A DNA stretch of 64,000 bases, taken from NCBI GenBank assembly GCA_017654855.1, contig CM030335.1, positions 1,302,001 to 1,366,000 of the forward strand. Reading direction: 5' to 3'. This DNA is from Podospora anserina. Its lineage: Eukaryota. Below, piece after piece: positions 14,656-27,594 of this stretch; the stretch's first letter is position 1, and the number at the start of each line of letters is the position of its first letter. The translations under genes were made by a program, and so were the position numbers. Under the pieces are notes generated by a model that was not told the DNA's origin, searched no databases, and saw nothing but the letters and a program-made list of their open reading frames with translations.

Positions 14656-16517
14656 ACGTGCATGATAAGCGAGCGACGCAGACAAGCGAGCGACGCACTC
14701 TCCACCACCTTACTATAACTATCCTCAATTGCTAAACCACAACATTAAGAACCAACTACAATTACATCAGAAACAGCTGAATCAGACCCTTCTGCAGCCT
14801 CCTGGCAAGTGCGGGAATTATAGCTAGGCTTGCCGCACACACTACAGTACTGAACCTTCGTACGAGCCCCCCTAACACTACCGCCATCCGGCTATATTTC
14901 TTCCACTACCTCCTCACCCACGGCCTTCTAGTCCAGTAGATCCTATATATCTTGCATAGTAAGTGATCCTCCGAGCCGTACACGTGTTTTTTTAGCTCTC
15001 CGGCGCTTATTTAATACTTTATTAGCCTTACGGAGCGAAGCGTTCTCTAATTAAAGGAGGGCTACCTAGTACATTACAGCTATCGTACCCTTAGTAAACT
15101 AATCTATAGTAATTAATATTAAAATTAAGGAACTATTTTAATAATTAATAATATAAATTTTAATAAATATTAATTATAAATTAATTTTTTAAGGATTTTA
15201 TAATATTTAAAATACTTAAAATAATACTATACTCGGCTTTAAAAATAAAGGTATTAACGTATAAAACTTTATATTTAATTTAAAAAGTACCCTTTCTAAA
15301 TCGTATAATATAAAGTTAATACCCGTAAAACTACCCTATATATTTTTCTCCGTTATAAAAACGAAAAAAGTTTCGCGGAAAGTATAAAGGAACTTAAACT
15401 TATTTATATAATTAATATATATATATATTAAATCCTCGATTTAACAGCCATATATTTACTTTAATAATCTAAAATAACCGATATTAAATAATTAAAGGAG
15501 GTAAGAAAAGTATAAAAATATATAAAACGTAATAATATTATTTTATTAATAATAATATTTAAATTTAATCGAATAATAATTTTCGTAATTATTAAAAATT
15601 AATAACCGGTATTTACTTTTCGTACGGAACGTTATATAATAATCGAAATATTTAATTTAATTTAAATTTATTAAATTAATAATTTAATTATTATTAATAA
15701 TTATAATATATTAAATAAATAATAAATTATATTTAATATATTAATTAATAAAATAATATTATACGGTTAAAATAATAAAGGGCGAAATAATTCAATTAAA
15801 AGTATTAACTTTTTAAATTACCGTTACTTATTCGCGGTTACTAAATTAAATTAATTTTATTTTATTAAAACCGTTCGAAATTATAATTATTATATTTACA
15901 AAAATAATATTTATTATAAATTTAATTTTATTAAAATTATAAATATTATTATTTATAATACTATATTTAACTTTAGTATTCCATATAAGTATAAACTATT
16001 TAATAATAACCTTTAAATCCTCGTATTTAACCCTTTAATAATCGTATCTATATATAAAACGTATACGGAACTATAGCTAACGTTTAATAAAATTATAAAC
16101 TTAACGTTTACTAATAGAAAGCGCGTCGCGTATGCGTAATAATTAGTTAGTTATATCTTTTATACTACTTAATTTAAATAGGAATACGCGTATAAATAGC
16201 TTAAGAACGTACTAAACTATTATCTTTTCCTCTAGATCCGTTAAATTACGTAAGTTAGCCGGAATATCGCGTCGCATTAGTCGGCCATTACGCTCATGGC
16301 GGAGGGTTGCTTCTGGGACGTTATATAACTTAACTGTAGTGCGGATACTAAGATCCTCCATATTTTAAATAGCTTCGAGGGCAAGAAAAAATCTCGCTTT
16401 TTTTAAAGGGCCGTCCATGGTTATTGGTGGTGAATTGTAGTAGAAGATATTGAAGAGACGCGTTGTGGTGGAGAGTGCGTCGCTCGCTTATCTGCGTCGC
16501 TCGCTTATCATGCACGT
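14656..16517 (-). mobile_element. Second Fot1/pogo-like DNA transposon, different TIR subfamily, RIP-inactivated
   Basis: TIRs of about 52 bp starting ACGTGCATGATAAGCGAGCGACGCAGA, with TA duplication. Transposase relic at 14745-16418 begins MDGPLKKARFFLALEAI* and is colinear with the 1109-3005 element. Confidence 0.95.
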
Positions 16518-18868
16518 TATAGGTTTATTGTAGTACTTAGTAAAACAATAACATTAATGGAGTTTATAATACAAAATAAGCTGCTGAATATTGGAATACC
16601 GATTTAGATTTGGAAGAAATAAACTCAATAGTAAAATATAAATCGGTATCTAATTAGAAGTAATAAAACCTTTTAATCATCTATTATTATTAATTACGAG
16701 TAGCAGAGAATTTAATATAAGTATAAGATTAGAAAAGTGTTTCTAAATAAAGAGAATAGTATTGTATTCTATGTAAATTAACTGAATATATAATAGTATA
16801 GTTATGTTGAAGATTAACAATACTAATGTTTCGATTATTTCAAAAATTGATAAATAAAGTAGATAATAAAGGTAAAGAAGATAACTATAGAGATAAAGAC
16901 ATAGTATAAATAGCAAGTAAATATAATTATATAGTATAATGTTTGACGGTTTTGGTAAATAAAATATCACCCCAATATAGTATTTGTATTTCTAATAATT
17001 CTGTTAGGCCTAAGTAAATAATTAAATAGTAAATAGCTGAAATTCAAAATAGCAAAATCAATTATTTTAAAAGAAAATAAACAAAGTTAGTAAAATTTAA
17101 TATATAACAGACATTTAAATGATATCAAACAATCAAAAACAATTACTATAGCATTTCTAATAATATTTTTGTTGTTTTCTTCATTTTACAAAAAATGACT
17201 ACTGTTAAAAATATCATTTAGTTATATTTTTAATTAAAAATTCCATTACGTATGATAGAAGTTTTTCAAAATCAAGAAGATTGAATTAAACCATAAAAAC
17301 CTGTAATTTTGAAACTAGTATAAGTAATTTAAAAAGGGTTCATGATATTACAACTTTAGCGATGATGCCTATATATCAAAAGTTTTTTAATATAATATTT
17401 CCTTTTGATAACTTTCGGCTAGAATTTAGTATTAATAATACGCTAAAATAAGGTCTCTAGTTTATAGGGTAAATCAAATCCAGTTATGAAAAGATAACTG
17501 TGGGGAGTAATAGTATAACTATTAGAAAAAAGCTGATTGAATTAGACTATCAATCCATATATAAAATAACTTAATTTAGCTTTTAATGTAATATTAGTTT
17601 TAAATTGACAAGATAGAAAATAAATAAAATGTAATTCAATAGATATATAGTTGATTAATAAATATATTTTATTATTAATAGTGAAATAAGAAACTGAGGG
17701 GAAAGAATTCATTTAGAAGCGTATCTTTTAATAAATAAAATTTCAAATTTCAAATTATTATTATACCAGATGTTTAAATAATGAAACAGGAGAAAATGTC
17801 CGATTTATCTATATCAGATTAAAAAGTAAATTTAAGTTTTAGCGAAACATGATTAAAAAGGAAGTTGATTGAGATAGAAAGAGCCCTTAACCAAAACTTT
17901 AAAGGGTTATGAAGAAATAGGATACATTTAACCATCCTAAATATTCTTTTTAGTTAAGTATCGACAAACATTTTGTCCACAAAAGCAATGAAATGCTATC
18001 TACTACTATCGTTGAATTATATTTATAATTGATTATAGTAGATTATTCATTCTGATTATTTATTTTGATTATTTATTTGATTATTTATTGATAATAAAAT
18101 CTTCTTCAGTATTATGAAAGATAGTTATTATTAAACATACACTCCTAATTCTATTGGAATTACTTAGATTAAATAATTAATTTTGGTAACGAGGGGTAAT
18201 TAAAGAATTAAGCAACATATTACTAGGGTAATAGCAGTTAATTTTACTTTTCAGTACCTAATAAACCTCACGGAAGTATAATTCCGTTATTGGAATATCT
18301 TAGAATATATATTATTATTAAGCAAATGAGGGATTTTATTAACTATAACCGGTATAGTATTTCTATATCCGGATTTGAATAATACTAATAATAGTAATCT
18401 TATTAATTAACATTTGTTCATTTTAGGGGATTTTTATAGTTCTAGTAATATCTTATAGCTTATAGATATTAAGTATTTCAGACTAGGATATCATGGAGGA
18501 TAAATACTTGATTGTTTATAATACTGAACGTTATAAATAAGTTTTTTACAAAATGAATATATGTAATTTTAAAAATATTAGGACGATATTAATGTATATT
18601 TATATAGAATATTTGAAAATAGTAGTTTCGACTGAAAATAAGACTGGAATTCAATAATATAATGGAAATATAAAATATCATATTAAATTACGCTGTATAC
18701 AAAGATCCTAAAACCAAAATATTATGCCCCAATATTGATTAGTACATCTACTCTTAAATAAACACGATATATTTGATTATAGTAATTTTATATTACAATA
18801 ATTTATATAATTAGGAAAAGCAAGGGTTGTAAATATCTATAAAACTGTAGTTGGAAAGGGATACGGAT

Positions 18869-19246
18869 TGTCACAGTTAAGCCAACAGGCAGGACGGACC
18901 GTGTGCGGGGTACGACACGCACAGCCAATTGTTAGTAGGACCAATCAGGACGGAGAATAGCCTTACCTGTGGGATCATTACCAAGAGTCAATGATCCAGA
19001 GCGGGATTATTGCCAAGAGTTAATGATCTAGAAGACAGGTAGGTCTATATATACCGAGGAACTGGATAGTATAAATAAATAGTTCCGTAATATAGAATAA
19101 ATATAAATTATAATTATGAGTATTTTAACTATCATAATTAAAATAAATCTCTTATTATATATTGTTTAGCTATACCGAATTAAGATTATTTCAAAGTACC
19201 TTCGATTAGTATTCTATTTAAAGCTTCTAGATAGGAGTTCGTTATA
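18869..19246 (+). mobile_element. LTR, U3 type C; probable 5' LTR of the downstream Gypsy element
   Basis: Starts TGTCACAG and matches the reverse complement of the type C half ending at 14573. The 3' end GTTCGTTATA is a RIP form of GTTCGTCACA. No target-site duplication, and gag-pol relics follow in the same orientation. Confidence 0.85.
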
Positions 19247-22200
19247 CGTTATATATTTATTTTAACTTTATGATAAATAAATTAAACGCGTTTTGTATTA
19301 TCATAGTCCAACCTAAAAACGTTTAAATAAAAAGCGTCCTACCTAACTTAAGTAACGAAAGACTTTTTATTAAAATTACCAAACTTAAAATTACTTCGCT
19401 TCTGTAGTTTATCATATATATTAAGGAACTCGAAAGTAACGTTTAACAAACTAAAGATTGAACTATCATTAATTCTATTATACCTAAAGCAGTAATTAAG
19501 TTTTCAATATCGGAGCGCTATAAAAGAGGAAAAGTAGAACCTAAAAGGTTATTAATTAGTTTAAAACCTGTTTTCATGATTATCTGAATTAATTTATCGT
19601 TAAAAAAAGTAATTTTCGCGGTTATTAAACTGAAGAATAAAGCTTTTATATAATTCGAACTTATTTTTTACGATTATTAACAAAAGGTAGAGGAAGATTG
19701 GGAAAGGATTACGGTTTAATATTTTAAAATTACCGAGTTTTTGAAATTGAATTTAGGGAAGTATTTAGGGAGTACGATACAGTAAGGCGCGCGTAAAAAA
19801 AGCTCGTAAACCTATATTAAACGTATTTAATAACTGATTATATGGCTTGGTTCAAGATCGATAGTTTACGTAATATAATTAACGATAAAAAGTTAATATA
19901 GCTTTTCTATAATAGCTTTTAAAGAAAATCATAAATTCTATAAGGAGTTAAAGCCTAATATTATTGATAAATACATTATTATAATTATACGAATCAACGA
20001 TTGATAATTCTAACGTTATTAGTGAGGAAAGGTAATAACAGGGGTTACTATAATAATAACCGCTTTAACGGTAAACGTAAATAACAATACTTTGATATCA
20101 ATTATTCCGGTGTTATATATATACGATTTATAAAAGTCGACGTTATACAGTAATAAAGGCCGCAAGGCCGGAGTTAAGGTAAAAATAGTTCTGGATATTT
20201 CATTTATTGTAAAGTAAAATACTTAAGAAGGACTGTAAACTATTTAAACGATTTGGATGAAGAAAGGAAACTATTATAATAATTATTATATTAAAAAGAT
20301 CGATGGTTATAACATTTATCATTATTGAACATTAAAAAAGGTAAAGCGGTAAGCTTTAAAAAAAAGGTTCATTAATATATCGAATAAAAGAAAATAGAGT
20401 TTTAGGTATCACGAAGAGTAATAAAAAGGTTAAAGGTATAATATGAAATGAAAGATTTTGAAATATAAACGTTATAGGATTAATTAATATAAATTATTAT
20501 AAAAATTACTACCAGGGTTATTAAAAACCACGATTTTACGTAATAAAAAATCTGCCTAATAAATAATACTAAAGAAATAATACCATTAATAGGTAACTGT
20601 AATTATATAACGAATATTATAGTTATAAGAGTTTATATATAAAAGATGTAAAAAATATTACCAAGATAAGAAAGTTATTAAGATTAGGCTTTCAAAGAGA
20701 CCGAAATAAATATTTCTACCTATATAGTATATACACCAGAAAGGAAATAAGGTATAGCTTTATCCTAAACATCCGGTATATCGAAAAGTATTTCAGTTTT
20801 AATATATTCTATATAAATATGTAGATTATTATCAAAGTGAATTATTATAGGGCTATTAGCCGATACGTAAAGTAACGTCAATAAAAAAGGTAAGCCTTAA
20901 TTAATTAGACGATAGTTCAATAGGAGTCAACCTAGGATAAATAAAATATTGATTGTTATAAAAAGTGTAAAACCCGGTTAAAATACAGAGTAGGCTTTAA
21001 GTAATATAATTTATACTTAAATATATAAAACTATATGGAGTAAAAAATTAGAAACAACGGTACTATTTACTAAGGGGAATTTGTATTCATATATTACTTA
21101 AGCCCCGACTATACGTTGCATTTCCGAAAAGAGTTAAGCGGTATTATAAAATTATAACGAATTTAAAATAACGACTAAGTAACGGAAATACAAGGATGGA
21201 AAGTAGAAAAAGGCCTAACGGTAATAAAAAAAATTTACGATATTAAATAATCTCAAATAAAAGGACGATTTTAAGAAACACTATTATTTAAGAAATAATT
21301 TACGGCCTTTCGTAAGGGCCAGTAACTTTTAACGGATTACGAAAGATATTATCGGAAATACCGGTGTAAAGTAAAAGTATAAAAGAATAACCCGATATTT
21401 ATTAGCGAGATTACTATTATATAGGAAAACGTAAACAAGGTAAACGCCTTTAGGTTATATCGTATTAGAAAGATATCAAAGTAATAATATTAATAAATAA
21501 AGGTTTAGAAATAAAACATTTTATTATAATTTACATGTTAAGTTGGAATATTGTAAAAGATAAAGAAGAAGTAGATCGTTATATAAAGACTATTTTCGAC
21601 ATGAAAATTCTATAGGGAAATATTACCCTTAAATATTATAGTCGAAAGGAAAATAATATTAATTATATTTAAATATTATAAATATAAGACCTTCGAAAAA
21701 TATAATTTAAAAGTAGCGATAGTATAAAAACTATAATTTGAATATCTATTGATGGGATAATAACTATTTACGATTTAAAAAAACCTTAAAAGTATTTAAT
21801 TAACGATAGAAAATTAGGAATATATATGGAGTAAAGTATGAAATAAGTACCTTCTACGGTATTATTATAACGAGCATAAAAAATAATGGTATATTTTATT
21901 CATATAAACGGTGAGATCGAAAAGGAAAATCAATAATATTAATAGAGAGTTTAGAGGTGAATAAATACTTATAATAATAATATAGAGAAAAAGAGAAAAA
22001 AATGGTACCGGTAGACTATTAAGGATATTTAGCTTTTACGGTAAAATATTAGAGGGACTTTTAAAGCGAAGACCGTAAATTATAAAGTTAAACTAGAAAA
22101 GGAATTAAACTATAGTTATTTAAGTTTTACCATATTAACGATCAGTAAAGTAAGGAATTACGAAAGTATTTCAATAACGTTTAAACAAATGATGAGTTAA

Positions 22201-23910
22201 AAAGTGTATATCGCTAGTAAAATACGTTGAACTTTCCGCATTAAAGAAAAGTAGTGATTTATAATTATATATTAATTACTATTAATTATATAATAAATTA
22301 GTAAATAATAAATCCTTATTACTACTGATATTTAAATTACGGAGTTAATTAACTGAAACGGAATACTTTTTTTACTTGAATATACCTATCAAAATATTTA
22401 TATATGGATAAATAAAAATAGTGTTTTGTATACCTTACAATTGTTTGAAGTATTCTATAATACTATTCGGATTAAATAATATACCTAAAACTTTCAACCT
22501 TTTGTTAACTATATATATCGAAAGTACCTCGATAAAATAATAACATTTTATTTTAATAATATTATTATTTATTTATATATTTGAAAAAAGTATAAGTAAT
22601 ATATATAGGAGATATTTAATATACTATATAAACCGGACCTCCAATTGAAAACAGAGAGTAAGTTCTATCTATATAGAAGAATCACTATATTTAGATTACT
22701 TAATATTATTAAAAGAGGTTAAGATAGAACTTAAGAAAATTACGGTAATTAAAGACTATGTTATACTAAAATTATAATTATATGTTAAAGAATTTTTAAA
22801 GTGTAGAAATTTCTATTAGATATTTATCCGGAAGTACGTAAAAATTACATAACTATTTAACTACTTAATTAAGAAAAATCTAAAATTCCGGTAAGGGTAA
22901 GAAAAAGAGTCGGCATTGTAAAACTTAAGAAATTAGTTTAAAGGACACGTTAACTAAGTTACTGAACTCTAATTAAGTCTTTAAGGTCGACATTAATATA
23001 TTAGATTATATGATTGCTAAATAATTAGGTTAATAAAATAATAACGATAGATTATATACGATAATCCTTTTTTAAGAAAAATGAAAAGAGGTACGGTATA
23101 ACTACCCAATCTATAATAAAAACTATTTACTATTACTGAATTGTTCAAAGAGGAAAGGTTGTATTTTGATAATATTAACTATAAATATAGGTCTATACGG
23201 ATTATACAAATTGTTAATCTTTGATTATTATAAAAGTTCTTAATATATAGTAAGCAGAATACTTAAAGTTTCCTTTACAATTTAATTGCTAAAGTAATTA
23301 TAGAAAATGTTTAAAAAATACTGAAGTAAATATATTTAACTGGCGAACCGATTACTATAAGGATTTGCTTAAAGAATTATTATTATTATTTAGGCCAACG
23401 CTAGGAGGTACTTTTATGTATTTACTTTAACTATAAATAAACTATTTTAAATAAATATTGAAGAAAACTAAATAATAACATTATAGAGTAATATTAACAG
23501 GAAAAATAAAACTATAAAGTATTCGAAAAAACAATTAGGAAAAGCTATAGTATAGAAATTAAGCGTACGTAAAACTAGATAATAGAACGGTATTAACAAT
23601 AGAAATTTATAAGTTAAAGCTCGAGAGATATATAACTACCGTAAAAACTATAGAAAAAATGTAATAATAGTTTTAAATAATAGAAGATTAAAGACGATAT
23701 CAAAGAAGCTATTTAATTATACTATACGTACGAAAAAATAACGGTTACGAAACATAAGCCTTATAATTTTTTAAACGTATTATTAATAGCGGAACAATTA
23801 TAAAGTTTATTTATAGTGAATTTTATTATTAAACTACTAAAGTAACACAATTTAATAATTAACGTTAAATACAATAATATATTAAAGGTAATCAATAAGC
23901 TTATTAAATA
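19247..23910 (+). mobile_element. RIP-degraded Ty3/Gypsy internal region (gag, protease, RT, RNase H), 3'-truncated
   Basis: Motifs readable after reversing C->T/G->A changes, in Gypsy order: gag-like ~19750-19830, LGMPW-like ~21815, RT LRLCVDYR-like ~22260, KTAFRT..MPFGLTNAP-like ~22415-22500, YLDDILIY-like ~22550, RNase H TDASD-like ~22990, NYPIYDKEL ~23100, ADALSRRPD-like ~23330. Confidence 0.85.
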
Positions 23911-23911
23911 A

Positions 23912-24104
23912 ACTGTTGACTTACAGACGGTCCTCGGTCCACTCCTGATTGGCCGATACTGGACTGTGGACCGTGAGCTCCGCCGCGGTCCCCGGTCCCC
24001 ATCTGATTGGTCCGTTTGCCCACCTGGACCGTGAGCCCCGCTCGATTGCGCTATCCAGTCCTGATTGGTCCGTCGTGGCCCCACTGTCTTCCAGAACCGT
24101 AACA
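23912..24104 (-). mobile_element. Truncated LTR (type A U3 half only), inverted
   Basis: Homologous to the reverse complement of 3562-3755. Ends CCGTAACA at 24104 and lacks the TATA/R/U5 half. Confidence 0.9.
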
Positions 24105-25264
24105 GGTTATTCTTTAAGAGTGACTATACATTTCATGACATATTATTCATGATAAAAATTGAATGAAATTACTTAGTGCATTGATGAAAATAGTCATAAG
24201 TCATAATATATTTAGAAATACTAAGAAAACACATTATAATAAACTATTTTATATTTTGGGATTCTCTAATATTACACTATTTAATATAGGTTTTTATTTT
24301 ATTTTTAATATATTAATAAATATGATAGATTATTTAGAATTTAATAATTAGAGGCTTTTGTGTTAAGGAAAACTGAGTTGAACTCGAAAATACTTAATTA
24401 AAAAGAAGTTTAGACTAAATATTATTTGATAATATTGAAATATTATTTTATAGAACAGTTTCAAATTATTTCACCGAATCATTATAAAAACCAAATTTCA
24501 AAAGAGATACTGTAGTATAATATTAAAGATATGAAGATTATCTTTACATTGTATTAAATTAGTAATTAAATATAAATAATGAGGGGCTAAAATAACCCCG
24601 AATAGTTATACTAACCTATATTCCTAAGTTAATAAAGACTAAGTATATATAGGGTATATAAAGTATATAGAGTTTTAAAGGTGAATAAAGAAATAAATAA
24701 ATCTTTACCTTTATAAATACTATCAAGATTTCATTTTCTGTTACTTATAATTTAATTCATTAGTATAATATAAACACTACTTTCTTAGAATTTATCTGTT
24801 AAACTATAATAAATTATCGTGAACTAAAAGAGCTCTCAATAGTAATATCATTAATCCTGAAAAAGCTGTATATACCAAAAAATATTTTTGATTATGTAAA
24901 AAACTAATTAAGATAATAAATTACGAAATTAATAGTAAAAAACACGATATCAACACAACACTACTTCTAATTCCATTGTAAAAAAAGACTTTTATTTTCA
25001 TTGTAAAAAAAGCTTTTTACTTATTATGATGTTAAAGTTTAGTATACTAAACATTATATTATATCAAAAGTTTTCTTGTTTTACTATGCTAAAAAATGAA
25101 AAGATTAATAGAATTAAAAAGTTGTATTACATTAGCAATTAATAAGTGTATTATTAATGACTAACAAGTAAATATTCAATTATAAAGATTGTTCGAAATT
25201 TTTCTATCAAAATTTATACCAAGAATTTTAATACATTTCGCCGTTAAATAAAAAATTTCATAAA

Positions 25265-25896
25265 TGTTAGCTGGTAAGCCCTGATAGGCCTATAATATAG
25301 AACCTATACAGGGTTGCTGTAAAATACAGCAGTGCGCAAGCGGAAGCGGGAGGATACGACGGCAGTGCCGAAGGAAGGTAAAGCACTGTAATACAGTGAG
25401 GTATAAAGAATAAGAATTGCCTTTATTACCCTTGGCCTTGGCCTTTGGCCTTAGCCTTAAGCTTTTGCCCTTAAGGAAAGAAAGAGAACTATTCTATAGG
25501 AGAGAGGAAAGGTCTATATATAGGCCTTCGTAGGCCTACTGTGGGTCCTGTAGGCCCTGGAAGCCCCTATACCACTTTGGGGTATTTGGTGGGCTTAGGT
25601 GGGTCTAGTGTAGACTCACGGAAATCCATAGAACCTTCGGTAGCAGAGTTGCCCTATAAATCACACTATTGTGGCAACTTATTACGTAAGCCTGTAGCCA
25701 CTTTAGAAGGTTCTAGTATCCATTAACTAAGCCTCAGGCCACAGTAGCCCTATAAGCCTTCAAGGGTCCCTTGTAAAGAATATTCTAAAGGGATCCAAGC
25801 CGGGAAGTTCCATTACTGCTTATAGCAGTACTGCCCACTGTAATATCAATCTGTAGGGCAGTAAGTAGGGCACTTAGTAGTACCCACACATCAACA
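25265..25896. mobile_element. Solo LTR of an unrelated family (Copia-like TGTT...AACA ends)
   Basis: TGTTAG...TCAACA termini, exact duplication ATAAA, internal TATA near 25515, higher GC than the flanks. Confidence 0.88.
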
Positions 25897-27355
25897 ATAA
25901 ATATATAATTTAAAAGAATTCACAATAAATTTAAAGTATACTTTTCAGAATAAAATAAGTATGAAAAGTATAACATTAAAGTAGTATTAAATTTAGTAGG
26001 AAAACTTATCACTACTTGATTATTGAGAATAATAGAAAAAATTTATAATCCTAAACTGTTTCACTTTAATTCTTTGAAAGAAACTGTTTTTATATAGGGA
26101 CCTACCTAGTCAGGTCCCTATAAGTAAAGATTAATATAAGTAATGAAAGTCTTTCAATTTATATTTTAAAATATCAAGGAATTTTTACTACCAATGAAAA
26201 ATAGATTATCCTTCTTCAAGAATTATAAAAGTGAAATTATTAGTAATATAAGTAAAGTAGTAAGTAAAAGACAGTTCTTTTTAAACCTTTTAAAGGAAAA
26301 TAAAATTTAATAATAAATAATTATTAGTAATTACATTACTTATAAGTAAATATGCCAAAGTATATAATAATCTTAATAGTAATCCAGAGATACACATATT
26401 AATTAAGTAGTATTTTGAGACTTATTTATTATAGTAAGTCATTATTGTTAAGTTTATAATTAGGTAAATATAAACTAAGGTTATTATAATAGAAAAAAAT
26501 GGATTAGCGGTAGTAGTTATTTAGGTATAGAAACTTTTTGAATTAAATACTTTTTATTCAATATATACATAACTTTACTAATAAATAAAAATATATAAGC
26601 CGTATTTTAAAGGTAGTAATCTAGTTTAAGTAGAGAGTATAACAATAATATTAGAAAACCCTAACATGCCCTGCCTACCTTATCAAATTTAATAAACAGC
26701 TTAATTAAAAGTAAAAAATTTATAAAACCCCAAAATAAAAGTAATATTTTTAGTACTCTTAAAAAAAGACCAAAAAATCGTGCCTTATAAAAACCTAACC
26801 GAATATAATAAATTATTGAGCTAAATTAAATTAAAAATAATAAATACTAAAATAAAGACTAAAGATATATTAATTGATAAACTTTTCTCTATTTACATCA
26901 GAAACTCCTAATTATAACAATAACGAAGGAATTTTCATAATTTAGGTCCTTAGTTTGCATTTTCTTACTATTATTAATAAAATATAAACGATTGAAAATA
27001 AATTAAACACAGTTACCTTTATAATATTTAGCTTTACTTTATAAACTAAATTGATATTTTATCAAAATAAAACTAAACAAAAAACATCAAATCATGAATA
27101 ACTATAATCTAGACCCTACTTCATAAAGGGGCCCCTTATTTACAGGGACCTAGCTCACTAGACTTCTATAAATACAGTATAGTACAGTATAATTTTTATT
27201 TGACTTATTTAATAAATTAATACACCTAACTTCCAGCATTATTGAGTTTTATTATAATAATTAATTAGTAGTATGATATATTGCATATCTTTAACTTTAT
27301 AATATTAATTAAATTCCTTATAATATTTTAATTTTAATTTTAATTTTAATTTTAT

Positions 27356-27594
27356 TGTCAGGGCTTGATAGGTAAGTTCTGAGACAACGCAACAGTTATA
27401 CCATACCAATTGATTTAATTGTAAGCTAAAGAAGAAAAAGCGAGGAAATTCCAACAGTGCTTGCAAAGCAGAGCTTTTTGACAGAGCAAAGCTTTGACCA
27501 CTTGCTCTTGCTTCTAGAGTCCCAATTGCCCCCGTGGCCCGCACGTGCCCGGTATCCAGTCCGTCAGTGTCAGTGTCAAGCCAGTGCCGTAACA
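27356..27594. mobile_element. Short solo LTR of a third family (239 bp)
   Basis: TGTCA...TAACA termini, exact duplication TTTAT, GC-rich and little mutated within AT-rich flanks. Confidence 0.88.

Noticed and set aside
13735-14735. Short ORFs inside LTRs (also at 23761-24152, 25541-25726 and 27305-27595)
   Set aside because: Chance open frames in GC-richer non-coding LTR sequence.
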